A DNA stretch of 64,000 bases from a virus. The notes under the pieces were generated by a model that searched no databases, had not been told where the DNA came from, and saw nothing but the letters and a program-made list of their open reading frames with translations. The stretch lies in IMG/VR virus record IMGVR_UViG_3300001199_000004; one strand, written 5' to 3'. The stretch's first letter is position 1; each line of letters begins with the position of its first letter. This document shows, one piece after another, positions 26,910-36,355 of this stretch. Made by a program: the position numbers and the translations under genes.

Positions 26910-27247
26910 ACTTGTTTTCCTAGAATATTCCTACTAGTCATGCAATTATCACACTCGCCCTCTGGGCATTTACATTGATAGAATTGCTTCTCGGCTTCTT
27001 CTTTCTCGGAATACTCGTTTTCAGATTGTTCTGGTTTCATAGTCTTTAAGGTACAATTAAATGATTCCTTACGATCCAATCGATCCAGCTTTTGCTTAAC
27101 TCGATAGGCAACACCTTCCAATGTATCCAAATCAGAACTACCATCATCCTGCACCAATGCCATTAGATAAGCAATAGCATTACGTTCACGTTGAGGATTA
27201 CCGTAATTCCCATTACTATCCCAGAGTTTACCGAAATCTGGCTTCAT
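26906..27247 (-). CDS. hypothetical protein; in-frame read-through across the motif, internal start at 27040
   Basis: ...RKESFNCTLKTMKPEQ... Confidence 0.6.
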   Translation of the reverse strand: MKPDFGKLWDSNGNYGNPQRERNAIAYLMALVQDDGSSDLDTLEGVAYRVKQKLDRLDRKESFNCTLKTMKPEQSENEYSEKEEAEKQFYQCKCPEGECDNCMTSRNILGKQV

Positions 27248-27492
27248 GCTACTTCCTCCACACACTTAGGCCCAAACATCAAACGATATTCGGCATTTTC
27301 TTTAGCACTTTGTTCACGATTATCAAAATAACCACTCAACAAGGTTCGACAAGTCACAACCTTTTGCTTAGAGCCGACTGCATCAATAATCAAAATAAAT
27401 GCAGGTTGTTTTTGGTATTTACCAAATTTATCCAAAGCCTGAACCCAGATATAACCCTCTTCTTGGGGCCATTCTTTTGTATATTTCTTCAT
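27244..27492 (-). CDS. hypothetical protein
   Basis: ATG 7 nt after TACCTT. Confidence 0.7.
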   Translation of the reverse strand: MKKYTKEWPQEEGYIWVQALDKFGKYQKQPAFILIIDAVGSKQKVVTCRTLLSGYFDNREQSAKENAEYRLMFGPKCVEEVA

Positions 27493-27508
27493 GATATTTA
27501 AGGTACAG

Positions 27509-27883
27509 TTAAATGAACTTCTTCTTTCTCCGCTTCAAAATGAGCTTAATGGCATCACGCAATTCTTTGCTGATTTTTTGCGTGTCTAAAATAGCCTTCA
27601 AATGGTCCGTATCTGCCATACACAATCGAATGAAATGCTTGGGTTTATCTCCATTCTTACCATAAGTACCCCAAACAGCCTTCATGGCAATATCATCAAT
27701 ATCCGACGTTTCATCTAGTCCCAGACAAATGACTTCGGCATCGCCACCATATCGACGATATTCACCACCACCATCAAGGAAAAATGTTTTGCCCGATGGA
27801 GTAGTAGCACTTACAAAATCATGTACGTGCTGACTGACAAGAACCTCAGAAGTCTCAACGAGTTGAACAGCATTTTGTCGCAT
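27509..27883 (-). CDS. conserved phage hypothetical protein
   Basis: HDF...DGGxEY.R...WGTYGKNGD.P...DHL.AIL signature. Confidence 0.8.
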   Translation of the reverse strand: MRQNAVQLVETSEVLVSQHVHDFVSATTPSGKTFFLDGGGEYRRYGGDAEVICLGLDETSDIDDIAMKAVWGTYGKNGDKPKHFIRLCMADTDHLKAILDTQKISKELRDAIKLILKRRKKKFI

Positions 27884-27888
27884 GGTAT

Positions 27889-28104
27889 TTAAGCCTGCCC
27901 ATCCAACCGATAATATTGTTCTAAACATTTTGCCATTGCCTCTTCCCGAGACGGCTGCGTTTCAATAGCAAGAATTTGATAATAGTAAACGACGTTTCCT
28001 TGCCAGCCCCCATCTTCAAATACTCCACAACCATAGTTGGGGTCTTTTCCCCACAACCACGTTTCAGAACGGGCATCCCAAGTCCACTCGTCTATTTTTA
28101 ACAT
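27889..28104 (-). CDS. hypothetical protein
   Basis: ATG 7 nt after TACCTT. Confidence 0.65.
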   Translation of the reverse strand: MLKIDEWTWDARSETWLWGKDPNYGCGVFEDGGWQGNVVYYYQILAIETQPSREEAMAKCLEQYYRLDGQA

Positions 28105-28120
28105 ATGAATTAAGGTACAA

Positions 28121-28324
28121 TTAAATGACTACTTGGGCCTCTTCAGCCGCCCGAACAAGCATGTCACGAAGATCATTGCCTACTGAACTGCCAGAATGTT
28201 CAAGAGCATACATCATTGCCAGTACCTTGCCTTGGGTAACTCGCAACCTCACATCAATCAAGTTGTTCATCCCATTCTGGACCTTCTTGGGAGCCTTAGC
28301 AATTTGCACAGATTCATTACTCAT
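28121..28324 (-). CDS. hypothetical protein
   Basis: AAAGGA RBS. Confidence 0.65.
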   Translation of the reverse strand: MSNESVQIAKAPKKVQNGMNNLIDVRLRVTQGKVLAMMYALEHSGSSVGNDLRDMLVRAAEEAQVVI

Positions 28325-28373
28325 TTCGTTCCTTTATTTAAGAAGATATACTATAAGGTACAATCAAATGAAG

Positions 28374-28450
28374 TAGGCCGTGTAGGATTTGAACCTACGA
28401 CCAACAAATTATGAGTTTGCTGCTCTTAAACCAGACTGAGCTAACGGCCC
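28374..28450 (-). tRNA. tRNA (CAU anticodon), Ile2 or elongator Met
   Basis: GGGCCGT...ACGGCCT acceptor stem; GCAAA-CT CAT AA-TTTGT; not fMet (no GGG/CCC anticodon stem). Confidence 0.9.
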
Positions 28451-28992
28451 GTAAGGATAATTTACCAAGGATTGGATTAGAAGTCAACGTGCATCTTCGT
28501 GTCAATGGTAGACACATTGCTTTAGGCATCTTCTAAAGGCACAGGATTGTTGTCGATTAGGACAGTTCCACTCTTGCCAGGGTTTTTGTAGAGCCAGGAC
28601 AAATAAACCCAACCCTTGGTAAATTACCCTTTATATTTAGTTAATCAAACCAAAAGCATCACCTTCAACATAATCTTTTGGCACTTGCATTGGCTTTGGT
28701 TGTTCTACATATTGCCAATCCAAAACATTGGGATTTTCTGACAATAATCCACTCATCCAATCACAGGTCCATATTTTTCCTTTACTTAAAGCCCTGCAAG
28801 CCGCAAGTAACGCTGAGATTTACGCATCAATATTTGTTGTCGATTTTTACTCTTACACCGTAGCGAAATACGTAAGTATTTCAAAACTAGTGCGTCTCGA
28901 ATTTTACTTTTCTTGAAAGTCTCAAAAAACACTTTTGGATAATCGTATCCCATTTTTATTTTCTCCTTTCGAGTGGTTGTTCCTAAATCGTT

Positions 28993-29259
28993 TCATACAC
29001 TAGCCTTTTGTCTTGCTGGAATGTTACAACGCTTGAAAGCAGATACCTTAACTTTCAATTCTTGTTCAATATCGCCAATAAGTCGTCGTGCCTTTACATT
29101 ATCGTCATAGAAAGGCGACTCATAAACCGCATTCTGATATTTGCCACATTCCGATGAAAAGACATAGAGATAACCACCATACACAGGGTAGTCACCATCT
29201 AGAACTGTTTCGGAAGCAAATTCAGGACAAATCTTAGCACTTCGCAACATTGAAAACAT
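28993..29259 (-). CDS. hypothetical protein
   Basis: AGGA RBS after motif. Confidence 0.7.
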   Translation of the reverse strand: MFSMLRSAKICPEFASETVLDGDYPVYGGYLYVFSSECGKYQNAVYESPFYDDNVKARRLIGDIEQELKVKVSAFKRCNIPARQKASV

Positions 29260-29296
29260 TTGTTGTTCCTATGTCCTTTAAGGTACAATGAAATGA

Positions 29297-29491
29297 TTAT
29301 TCATCAGTTAAGTCTGCTGCATAGACATAATCATAAACAACCGCAGTTCGATTCCGAATATCATCATAAAAACGATAAACCAACACTGCAGGATAAGATT
29401 CAGGCTCATTAATCTTATGTTCTGATTCACTTAGAATGAATTTAGCCCAACCATCAAATTGTTCTTTATCAATCAACAGTGCTTTAGTCAT
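29297..29491 (-). CDS. hypothetical protein
   Basis: Overlaps the upstream gene end. Confidence 0.6.
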   Translation of the reverse strand: MTKALLIDKEQFDGWAKFILSESEHKINEPESYPAVLVYRFYDDIRNRTAVVYDYVYAADLTDE

Positions 29492-29744
29492 TGAATTTAG
29501 GCCCAGTTGTCCCATCACTGCCATGCAAAACGCACAAATCTTCAGTACCAAATAATCGCAGACAGTCCAAAACACTTGCAAACCGATTCAACTGCCATGC
29601 ACATGGTTTGCAATAATAGGCTTGGGTGCTTTGGTTGTAATACCATGCCCCAGGCTCTTGACAAGCTGCTCGATTACAGTTCTTGCCTAATTTACCCTTT
29701 AATTCAGGGTTGGGCAAAACATCAGTAGTTTTTTTAGTTTCCAC
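29484..29744 (-). CDS. Cys-rich putative Zn-binding phage protein
   Basis: CNRAACQ...YYCKPCA. Confidence 0.7.
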   Translation of the reverse strand: METKKTTDVLPNPELKGKLGKNCNRAACQEPGAWYYNQSTQAYYCKPCAWQLNRFASVLDCLRLFGTEDLCVLHGSDGTTGPKFND

Positions 29745-30149
29745 GGTCGAGTTCCTTGGCTAAGAATTGTCGGCGGATTTTAGATGCGTGCCGTTTGAGG
29801 CTTGCTCTAGATTTATGGCCGTTGGGTCTGGAGTTATGGCATGAAGCGTCGTTGCTCTGTGTGATAGCGTAATGGTGGAGTTTTCCGTTTTGAATCATAA
29901 CTTATTCCTTTATGTTTTAAGGTACAATCAAATGGAATCCTTAATCGCCTTTTTGTTTTGGGCGGAGCGGCCACCTTTGGGCTGTTTCTTCCAATCACGA
30001 TGCAAACCAGTTCCCCCAATCTTCACAGGATGACCTGCAGGGGCCTTTATAATATCGTACTTGGAAATGATCATCTTGTCGCTTTTCATAAATCACCTTT
30101 GTTTTATCTTTAAGGTACAATCAAATGGTATCTAGTCAAATTTAAAAAT

Positions 30150-30186
30150 AAAAAACCCCTGCAACCTGTTAAGATTGAAGGGGTTC
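30150..30186 (-). terminator. intrinsic terminator after DUF932 gene
   Basis: AACCCCT/AGGGGTT stem with A-run. Confidence 0.65.
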
Positions 30187-30228
30187 CACGCATCGAGCGG
30201 CTGGCTTCTAATCGGTGATTCTAGCAAG

Positions 30229-31230
30229 TTAAACTGCCAGTTGCAAGGCCAGTTCAAACGCTTTATCCTTCAAATTCGCTCCAGCCCCTTCCATAATGTT
30301 CGTAAAGCGGTTTTCAGCACGGGCCAAATCATCCCCCTTATAGCTGCTGCGATGGTCAACAGCTTCCGTAACCGCATTGAACAACTGCCACAACGTCCCT
30401 TCCATTCCAGGCAAGGTATTGGCAGGGGTATTCATCATCCCCTTAACCATATCCAACTTTGCCAAACGATTCTTCACTTGGCGGTCAGACGCATCCTTTT
30501 GGGCAGGAAACAGTTGGTCGAGGTAAGACTTAACCATGTCCTGAGTATACGAATACTTTGCCAAATGCTTCGCAGTTTCCGTATATTCCGAAAACTTCTT
30601 GTCGAATTGGCTCAAATACTTGCGAGCCATTTCCATTTTCTCTTCCATGCTGGAACTGTGGCGTACCTTCACTTGGTACGTTTGATTCGAGATTGCAATA
30701 CGATGGGTATTGTTGCAAACCACGCGAACATGGGTGGGTTGCATAATGATGCTTCCCGTGCCGTCATGGGTATTGCTCAACAGCAAGAAACGGTCTTGAC
30801 GGTCCCCAGGGATAACCTCATCAACACTCGGCATACGTGCAAGCAAAACCACTTGCTTACCACCGAACAGAGCCATTGCGGACTCATATCGCATAATGCC
30901 GTCCTGCATAAAACTATCCATGAACTTAAAGGCATCCTTGTTTTGCAACACCTTATAGTTCTTGCCCACAATACCCAACACTTCACGGGTGTCTTGACGA
31001 ACCGTGGCAAAATAACCGCCAACTGCCTTGCCGTCTTGAACCAAATTCATCGGTTCCTTTTCGGTCAACCAGTTTTGATGGGCCAATTCCATCATTTGTT
31101 CCGAATTGGGGGCTTCGGTGCCGCCAGCATTGAACACATTGCCCAAATTGTGCCAAGCAGGGGTATTCGCATAACCAGCTTCGGCAATTTCAAGACCATT
31201 TTCTTCGATGACGGAGATTTCGTGAGCCAT
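30229..31230 (-). CDS. DUF932-family phage/plasmid protein (TIGR03299-like)
   Basis: MAHEI...PAWHNLG...VLQNKDAF...LLSNTHDGTGS...RVVCNNT...GTLWQLFNAVTE. Confidence 0.92.
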   Translation of the reverse strand: MAHEISVIEENGLEIAEAGYANTPAWHNLGNVFNAGGTEAPNSEQMMELAHQNWLTEKEPMNLVQDGKAVGGYFATVRQDTREVLGIVGKNYKVLQNKDAFKFMDSFMQDGIMRYESAMALFGGKQVVLLARMPSVDEVIPGDRQDRFLLLSNTHDGTGSIIMQPTHVRVVCNNTHRIAISNQTYQVKVRHSSSMEEKMEMARKYLSQFDKKFSEYTETAKHLAKYSYTQDMVKSYLDQLFPAQKDASDRQVKNRLAKLDMVKGMMNTPANTLPGMEGTLWQLFNAVTEAVDHRSSYKGDDLARAENRFTNIMEGAGANLKDKAFELALQLAV

Positions 31231-31293
31231 TCTACAATTCCTTAGTTAGGGGTGATACTCTTCTGTATGCTCTTTAAGGTACAATCAAATGAA

Positions 31294-31629
31294 TTAGATT
31301 TCAGCAGCAGCACACAAAGCAGACTTCAGTTTCTTAATGACAAGATGATCCGATGAATAGGCAGGCTTAAGGTTGTCAAAGGCCGTTTGGGCTGCATCTA
31401 CCAACAATTCAAAAACTTGCTCATGGTTCAACTTAGGGGACTTGGGCAATTCCCAAGTGTTATGGTGCTGCCCGGCGTCGTCCCATGACGAAACAATACG
31501 AGAATTGGGGCGATTGTCAGAATAAGCATGGGCATCAAGACTAGTACAGGTTTCATAAACCTTTCCATCCACAATCAGCCATTCATATTTTCCATTCACT
31601 AACACAGCAATTCGGTAAGTCGGTCCCAT
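31294..31629 (-). CDS. hypothetical protein
   Basis: AGGGG RBS after motif. Confidence 0.7.
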   Translation of the reverse strand: MGPTYRIAVLVNGKYEWLIVDGKVYETCTSLDAHAYSDNRPNSRIVSSWDDAGQHHNTWELPKSPKLNHEQVFELLVDAAQTAFDNLKPAYSSDHLVIKKLKSALCAAAEI

Positions 31630-31682
31630 GATTCCCCTTTTAGTTTTTACTAGTTTATACCCAATAAGGTACAATGCAATGG

Positions 31683-31865
31683 TTATTTCTTAGGCTTATT
31701 TTTGGGACGCCTTGTCCATTCCTCTTCATGGAGAAATTCTGCTTCGTCAAATTCCCCATCTTCAAGTTTCATTTCAAAAGCTTGTTGGGCATCTTGAAAA
31801 GCATCTGCTTCATCAACACCAGTGCCCACAACTTTAATCGTAAAACAATAGGTTTTTTGTTTCAT
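31683..31865 (-). CDS. hypothetical protein
   Basis: ATGA coupling. Confidence 0.6.
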   Translation of the reverse strand: MKQKTYCFTIKVVGTGVDEADAFQDAQQAFEMKLEDGEFDEAEFLHEEEWTRRPKNKPKK

Positions 31866-32053
31866 TGTTCTGTATTTTCCCTAACAATTAAATAATTGAC
31901 TTGACAATCAGAACAAATACTGCCTTCGCCATCAGGACCAGGAACACAATCTCGTTCATCAACTAATTTGCCACAAATAAAGCAGTTAACCGAATGACGG
32001 TCAATCCAATCATCATCTGGCTCATCGTATGTTTCTTCTTGGTTGTCGTTCAT
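31862..32053 (-). CDS. small Zn-finger protein
   Basis: CFICG...CSDC; ATG 7 nt after TACCTT. Confidence 0.7.
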   Translation of the reverse strand: MNDNQEETYDEPDDDWIDRHSVNCFICGKLVDERDCVPGPDGEGSICSDCQVNYLIVRENTEQ

Positions 32054-32069
32054 ATTATTTAAGGTACAA

Positions 32070-32276
32070 TTAAATGAATGGTTTAACTACTACTGGCTTA
32101 ATCTCAATTAACCTTTTAGAAAAATCATCTTTTAGTTTAAGACAAGAGTTAATGCTGAGTTTACAGTATTCCTTTGACCCAATTACATGAGATTCATAAT
32201 CTTCCGCAATCGTTCCATCTTCGTAAACTACTGCCCAAATCGGTTCACCTAGTTTCATCGGAATGTACCTTTTCAT
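32070..32276 (-). CDS. hypothetical protein
   Basis: Stop inside motif. Confidence 0.6.
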   Translation of the reverse strand: MKRYIPMKLGEPIWAVVYEDGTIAEDYESHVIGSKEYCKLSINSCLKLKDDFSKRLIEIKPVVVKPFI

Positions 32277-32739
32277 CTTCTTCTTTGGAAGTCATCCAAG
32301 CATAAGCATCTTCTTCACTAACCTCTTGACCCAATGCTGCCGTTAAATACTTCAACTTGCGATGCAATTCACTTGCCTTTTGACGTACTCGACTCATCGG
32401 CAACTCACCATCACAAGTCAAGTTTTCTGGACTCAAATTGCAATAAATTTGAAAAATTGCCTCCATAATTAAATTATCTTCACGAGGCATGAAAATATTA
32501 TAAGTAAGTGGCTCTTTAACCTTAGGAGCAGGCAAAATAGGTTTACCGTTGGCATCCAGCTTATTCAAAATGTTGTAATCAACATTCCAAATGGTTCCTG
32601 CAAGATGCTTGCCACGCTGTTCTGTCGTAACTACCTTACACCGAACAGCATTCAGTTTCACAACACGACACGGAGTTTGGTCCCACTCATTACGACCAAA
32701 ACTGCATAACATACCAACCTTAACTTCGTGACGTTCCAT
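32245..32739 (-). CDS. hypothetical phage protein
   Basis: 164 aa; LSPENLTCDGE signature; AGGA RBS. Confidence 0.8.
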   Translation of the reverse strand: MERHEVKVGMLCSFGRNEWDQTPCRVVKLNAVRCKVVTTEQRGKHLAGTIWNVDYNILNKLDANGKPILPAPKVKEPLTYNIFMPREDNLIMEAIFQIYCNLSPENLTCDGELPMSRVRQKASELHRKLKYLTAALGQEVSEEDAYAWMTSKEEDEKVHSDETR

Positions 32740-32784
32740 TTGTTTTTTTCCTAAATTTTAAGGGTTATAAGCAATAAGGTACAA

Positions 32785-33048
32785 TCAAATGGTTTTAGCC
32801 CACTCCCCATCAACCAACTGATCCGTAACGTCCTTGTCAGCCCACTTAAGAAACATTTCAATGTCGATCCGTGGCAATTTACGTCCCATTGCCACACTAG
32901 GACTATCATATTGAAGTTGTTCCGACCCAATCCACACAACTGCACGGTCATTTACCAGAGGCTCAAAAACATTGCCCACTAACATAGGCTTTTTGCCACG
33001 ATAAACGTGACCAACCTTCAAATCTGATTTTTCCATAGTTTTAACCAC
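32785..33048 (-). CDS. hypothetical phage protein
   Basis: GHVYRGKKP...QYDSPSV; stop inside motif. Confidence 0.7.
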   Translation of the reverse strand: MVKTMEKSDLKVGHVYRGKKPMLVGNVFEPLVNDRAVVWIGSEQLQYDSPSVAMGRKLPRIDIEMFLKWADKDVTDQLVDGEWAKTI

Positions 33049-33466
33049 GAAGATAAGTAATTACTCGATCTGCAATTTCATCCGTTAAACCATTATTCCA
33101 GCTAGTTTTAAAGAAAAATTCTCCAAGACCATTAGTACCTGCATCGCTGTCATCATCAATAATTACAAATTTATTGACTTCAGGATGCCTATGCAACCAT
33201 TCAAGAATTTCAATTGAGCGTTCATCATTTAATATGTCTGTCCGATCAATAAATTTCATTCCATGTAAATCAAGAACATGGCTTACTCGTTTTCGATTAC
33301 TTTCAAGAATTCTCCAAGTCGATGACAATACAATTTCAGCCCCAGTCTCTTTCACTATTCGAGCTAAAATTGGGACAAGAGAAAGGTCAATATCAAAAAT
33401 GCCACCAACTATTGGTGAATTACGATGGTTCAAGACACCATCAATGTCTAAAAAAATTACTTTCAA
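33041..33466 (-). CDS. HAD-superfamily protein (Swiss-army-knife RNA-repair-type HAD)
   Basis: IFLDIDGVLN, IVLSSTWR, FVIIDDD motifs. Confidence 0.88.
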   Translation of the reverse strand: MKVIFLDIDGVLNHRNSPIVGGIFDIDLSLVPILARIVKETGAEIVLSSTWRILESNRKRVSHVLDLHGMKFIDRTDILNDERSIEILEWLHRHPEVNKFVIIDDDSDAGTNGLGEFFFKTSWNNGLTDEIADRVITYLRG

Positions 33467-33635
33467 AATACATCCTCTTCTTCACATTGGTCATCAGCTA
33501 CACTAGGTTCTCTAGGCTGCTCCAATGGCATATCCTGCTCCAACTTCCAAAGAAAATATAGGAATTCCTCAGAATTCTCTAAAGCTATACTTTCATCTTC
33601 AAAGTCTTCGTGCCAATTGTAACCCATATATCACT

Positions 33636-33854
33636 CTATAATAGCTCGTTGACCAGTTTTTCCATATCCAAACGATGTTCCATCTCTCTTTGAGCCATAG
33701 CCTCAAGACGAACTCTGGCACCAGGGAGAATACGGTCGTATTCATCAAGAACATCTTCCGTAATACCAGTATCACATTTATTGTATAAAGGCAACCCCAT
33801 TACACGACGAAAATCATTACCAACCGCCAACCAATCAGATTCAGTAGGTTTCAT
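33636..33854 (-). CDS. DUF2335-like short protein
   Basis: L.EY.RILPGA..R...MA..E..HR pattern; lacks the TM helices of full-length members. Confidence 0.55.
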   Translation of the reverse strand: MKPTESDWLAVGNDFRRVMGLPLYNKCDTGITEDVLDEYDRILPGARVRLEAMAQREMEHRLDMEKLVNELL

Positions 33855-33883
33855 ATGTCATTCCAGGGAATTTCTTGTGAATC

Positions 33884-34159
33884 TCATGCCTTCGTATTAA
33901 GCAAATTCTGAAGATTGCCTAACATATTATCAAACAGGTCATTGACAATTTCCTTGGCCTTATTGCCTATAGCCACATCACAATTCTCGCCAATTCGAGT
34001 CATGACAGAACGAAAATCAACCTCAACGCCGTTAATTGTCATAACAACGTCAAGACTCTTTTCTTCTTGAGTACCCAATTCTTTTCCTGTCATCGCTTCA
34101 AGAATAGCCCAACCAGCCCAACTACCTCTTCGAGTTATTTCTTCAAATGTAATTTTCAT
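33884..34159 (-). CDS. hypothetical protein
   Basis: ATG 7 nt after TACCTT. Confidence 0.7.
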   Translation of the reverse strand: MKITFEEITRRGSWAGWAILEAMTGKELGTQEEKSLDVVMTINGVEVDFRSVMTRIGENCDVAIGNKAKEIVNDLFDNMLGNLQNLLNTKA

Positions 34160-34183
34160 ATTAATTAAGGTACAATTAAATGA

Positions 34184-34549
34184 CTAGATTCCAGGCTTGA
34201 GGACTTCTACTTGAGTCTCTTCAATAGCCGCATCTTCGGGATCAAATTGCAATGTCAAATGAACATCCTGATAAAACAAACATCCCTCAACAATAAAACC
34301 AGGAGAACAAGGGCACGTACAGCCCGCATATTGGCTGAATCGCAGCTTGGTAAAATTGTGACCATTCTCAGTCAACCATTGTTTCACAAGCGGTCTAATG
34401 ACGTTGTAGGGCTCGGAGTGACGGTTTACAAGGTGTTCTAAAACAGTTTCATTTTGAAACCACCAATAAATACGTCCCAAATTAGGACACGGACCTTGAC
34501 GACCACGCTTCACACGCCGCTGCTTCACTTCAGCTTTTACAATTTTCAT
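34184..34549 (-). CDS. hypothetical phage protein (AGCxCPCSPGF)
   Basis: AGGAG RBS after motif. Confidence 0.75.
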   Translation of the reverse strand: MKIVKAEVKQRRVKRGRQGPCPNLGRIYWWFQNETVLEHLVNRHSEPYNVIRPLVKQWLTENGHNFTKLRFSQYAGCTCPCSPGFIVEGCLFYQDVHLTLQFDPEDAAIEETQVEVLKPGI

Positions 34550-34588
34550 TTATTTATCTCCTAGCCTATAAGGTACAATTAAATGATC

Positions 34589-34738
34589 ACGTACAGGGGC
34601 GGGCATCAAGTAGGGGTGGCACTTCCCAATATACTTAGACAGATCAAGTCTGCTGCATCCCATGCCAATGGGCCTTTTACTCTTTGCTTTAAGTTCTCAG
34701 CATCACTCAAATGGGATGCTCCCTTTTCCCCTGTACGT
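34589..34738 (-). ncRNA. candidate structured RNA (~150 nt)
   Basis: 11-bp perfect terminal stem ACGTACAGGGG/CCCCTGTACGT; internal GCATCCCAT/ATGGGATGC stem. Confidence 0.5.
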
Positions 34739-35265
34739 TAATTCACTCGATATAAAAAGAATTCTTTTACACTGTCTTCCAGAAACACACCAAAATAGTT
34801 CTCCCCGTCATAAATCTGTTTCGCAAACGGAGTTACTTGAACCAATGCTTCAAAAAAATCCTTGTTGCCAGCAAAATCACCAACAAGGCACCGTCCCATA
34901 AACTCCGCCCCAGCCAACGGCAAACTATCAATCAAATCACCGTAACCATCATCACTCTTCCCAAAATTAATTTCATCAAACATCTGACTAGAATGCAAAT
35001 CACTTTTGTAGGCATCCCATGCACGAGAAAACCTCATCGCCTCATCAAAAGTATAATTCTCTTCACATTCACTTTTGCGAACAAATTCTCGACAAGCTTT
35101 TTTGCTGTCAAAATCCCTCACATCCAAATTGGAAATCAAATGAGGCACCAACTCCCAAAATCGCTTGCGGTCCAATAAAGGAATGCTGGCAAAATATTTG
35201 TGCCACTCCTTATCAAAATTGATTTGGGCTTCACTCAGGGACTTAGCTGCAGATGTAATATTCAT
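34738..35265 (-). CDS. hypothetical protein
   Basis: 175 aa; ATG 7 nt after TACCTT. Confidence 0.8.
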   Translation of the reverse strand: MNITSAAKSLSEAQINFDKEWHKYFASIPLLDRKRFWELVPHLISNLDVRDFDSKKACREFVRKSECEENYTFDEAMRFSRAWDAYKSDLHSSQMFDEINFGKSDDGYGDLIDSLPLAGAEFMGRCLVGDFAGNKDFFEALVQVTPFAKQIYDGENYFGVFLEDSVKEFFLYRVN

Positions 35266-35300
35266 AACAATTAAGGTACAATTAAATCATTCAAAGGATT

Positions 35301-35534
35301 CTAACCCGATTGTCGTTCCAATTCTGCAGCAATAGCCAATAAAGCTATCCGCAGAGCATTTTCTGGCCCCAACCGAATAATGCTAGATGGATCTCCATTT
35401 GCTTCACGAATAACCAAACCATTATTCCTAAGAACACTAATTCGTGAGTCACGCATATCTACCAAGGAATCCTCGATAGCCTTACGGCCCACTTCCAACA
35501 ATTCATCGTTATCTGCAATCTCTTCTAGTTTCAT
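35301..35534 (-). CDS. hypothetical protein
   Basis: ATGA coupling. Confidence 0.7.
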   Translation of the reverse strand: MKLEEIADNDELLEVGRKAIEDSLVDMRDSRISVLRNNGLVIREANGDPSSIIRLGPENALRIALLAIAAELERQSG

Positions 35535-35974
35535 TGTATGCTCTTTCTACATTCAGGACCAAAACCACTTAACACAGAAGCAGGCACAGTCAAAGGCCGA
35601 CCACATCGACCACAATGACCCTCATGATGCATGTCAAATCCTGCATCCAATAGTGCTTGTTGGTTATCACTAAAAATACACGCCAATGCACGCACTATCA
35701 AACGATAAGGCCAACTGTCAGCCTTATAACGACTCTTACGGGTTAATTTAACATTACCATTCTTTTGAACAACACCCATATAGGTGTAATCATTGGTATT
35801 GTTAGGTCCAGTCAACAATCCAATAAAATACGTCTCTGGAAAGCTTTCAGTAGCCTTTTTTTTATTGATTTTATAGGTATAGTGCAGAGGTAATGACCAT
35901 TTTTCACTGAATTCCTTGCCTATTTCCAAGGTAAATACAGCACGGCCAGCAAGGATAAAGTCTTTGTTGAGCAT
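35531..35974 (-). CDS. DUF6011-like Zn-ribbon protein
   Basis: C-terminal HEGHCGRCGRPLTVPAS...GFGPEC; N-terminal LLTGPNN..DY.YMG. Confidence 0.8.
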   Translation of the reverse strand: MLNKDFILAGRAVFTLEIGKEFSEKWSLPLHYTYKINKKKATESFPETYFIGLLTGPNNTNDYTYMGVVQKNGNVKLTRKSRYKADSWPYRLIVRALACIFSDNQQALLDAGFDMHHEGHCGRCGRPLTVPASVLSGFGPECRKSIQ

Positions 35975-35997
35975 ATCCTATAAGGTACAATTAAATG

Positions 35998-36041
35998 AAA
36001 AACTCGCCTCACCTTAAAGGTTGCAATCCCTTAAGGTGAGG
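35998..36041 (-). terminator. long hairpin terminator
   Basis: GCCTCACCTTAA/TTAAGGTGAGGC stem with A-run. Confidence 0.7.
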
Positions 36042-36157
36042 CTAACGGTTAGGCTATTGACTCCCGCTACACTCCCAACTATCCAAGCCTCGTATCGTCA
36101 GGCGAGCGAGTCCCACTATCTTTCCACTGCTGTACCGCTAAACAACGTGGCGATGGT

Positions 36158-36355
36158 TCAAAGTGTCTCTGATGTTAAACTTCTAAGCTTTTTGGCAACC
36201 ACAAGTTGAGCCATCATCTCAACTCTCAACTTCTTATCAAACTCATTCGGCAACATGGGCAATTTACCCATTTGTTCTAACAATAAACGGGATGATTCGG
36301 CATCCTTTTCAAGATACTCAATGAACTTTGCTCGCTCTTCATTGGTTAAAATCAC
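36158..36355 (-). CDS. hypothetical protein
   Basis: GTGA coupling. Confidence 0.6.
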   Translation of the reverse strand: MILTNEERAKFIEYLEKDAESSRLLLEQMGKLPMLPNEFDKKLRVEMMAQLVVAKKLRSLTSETL

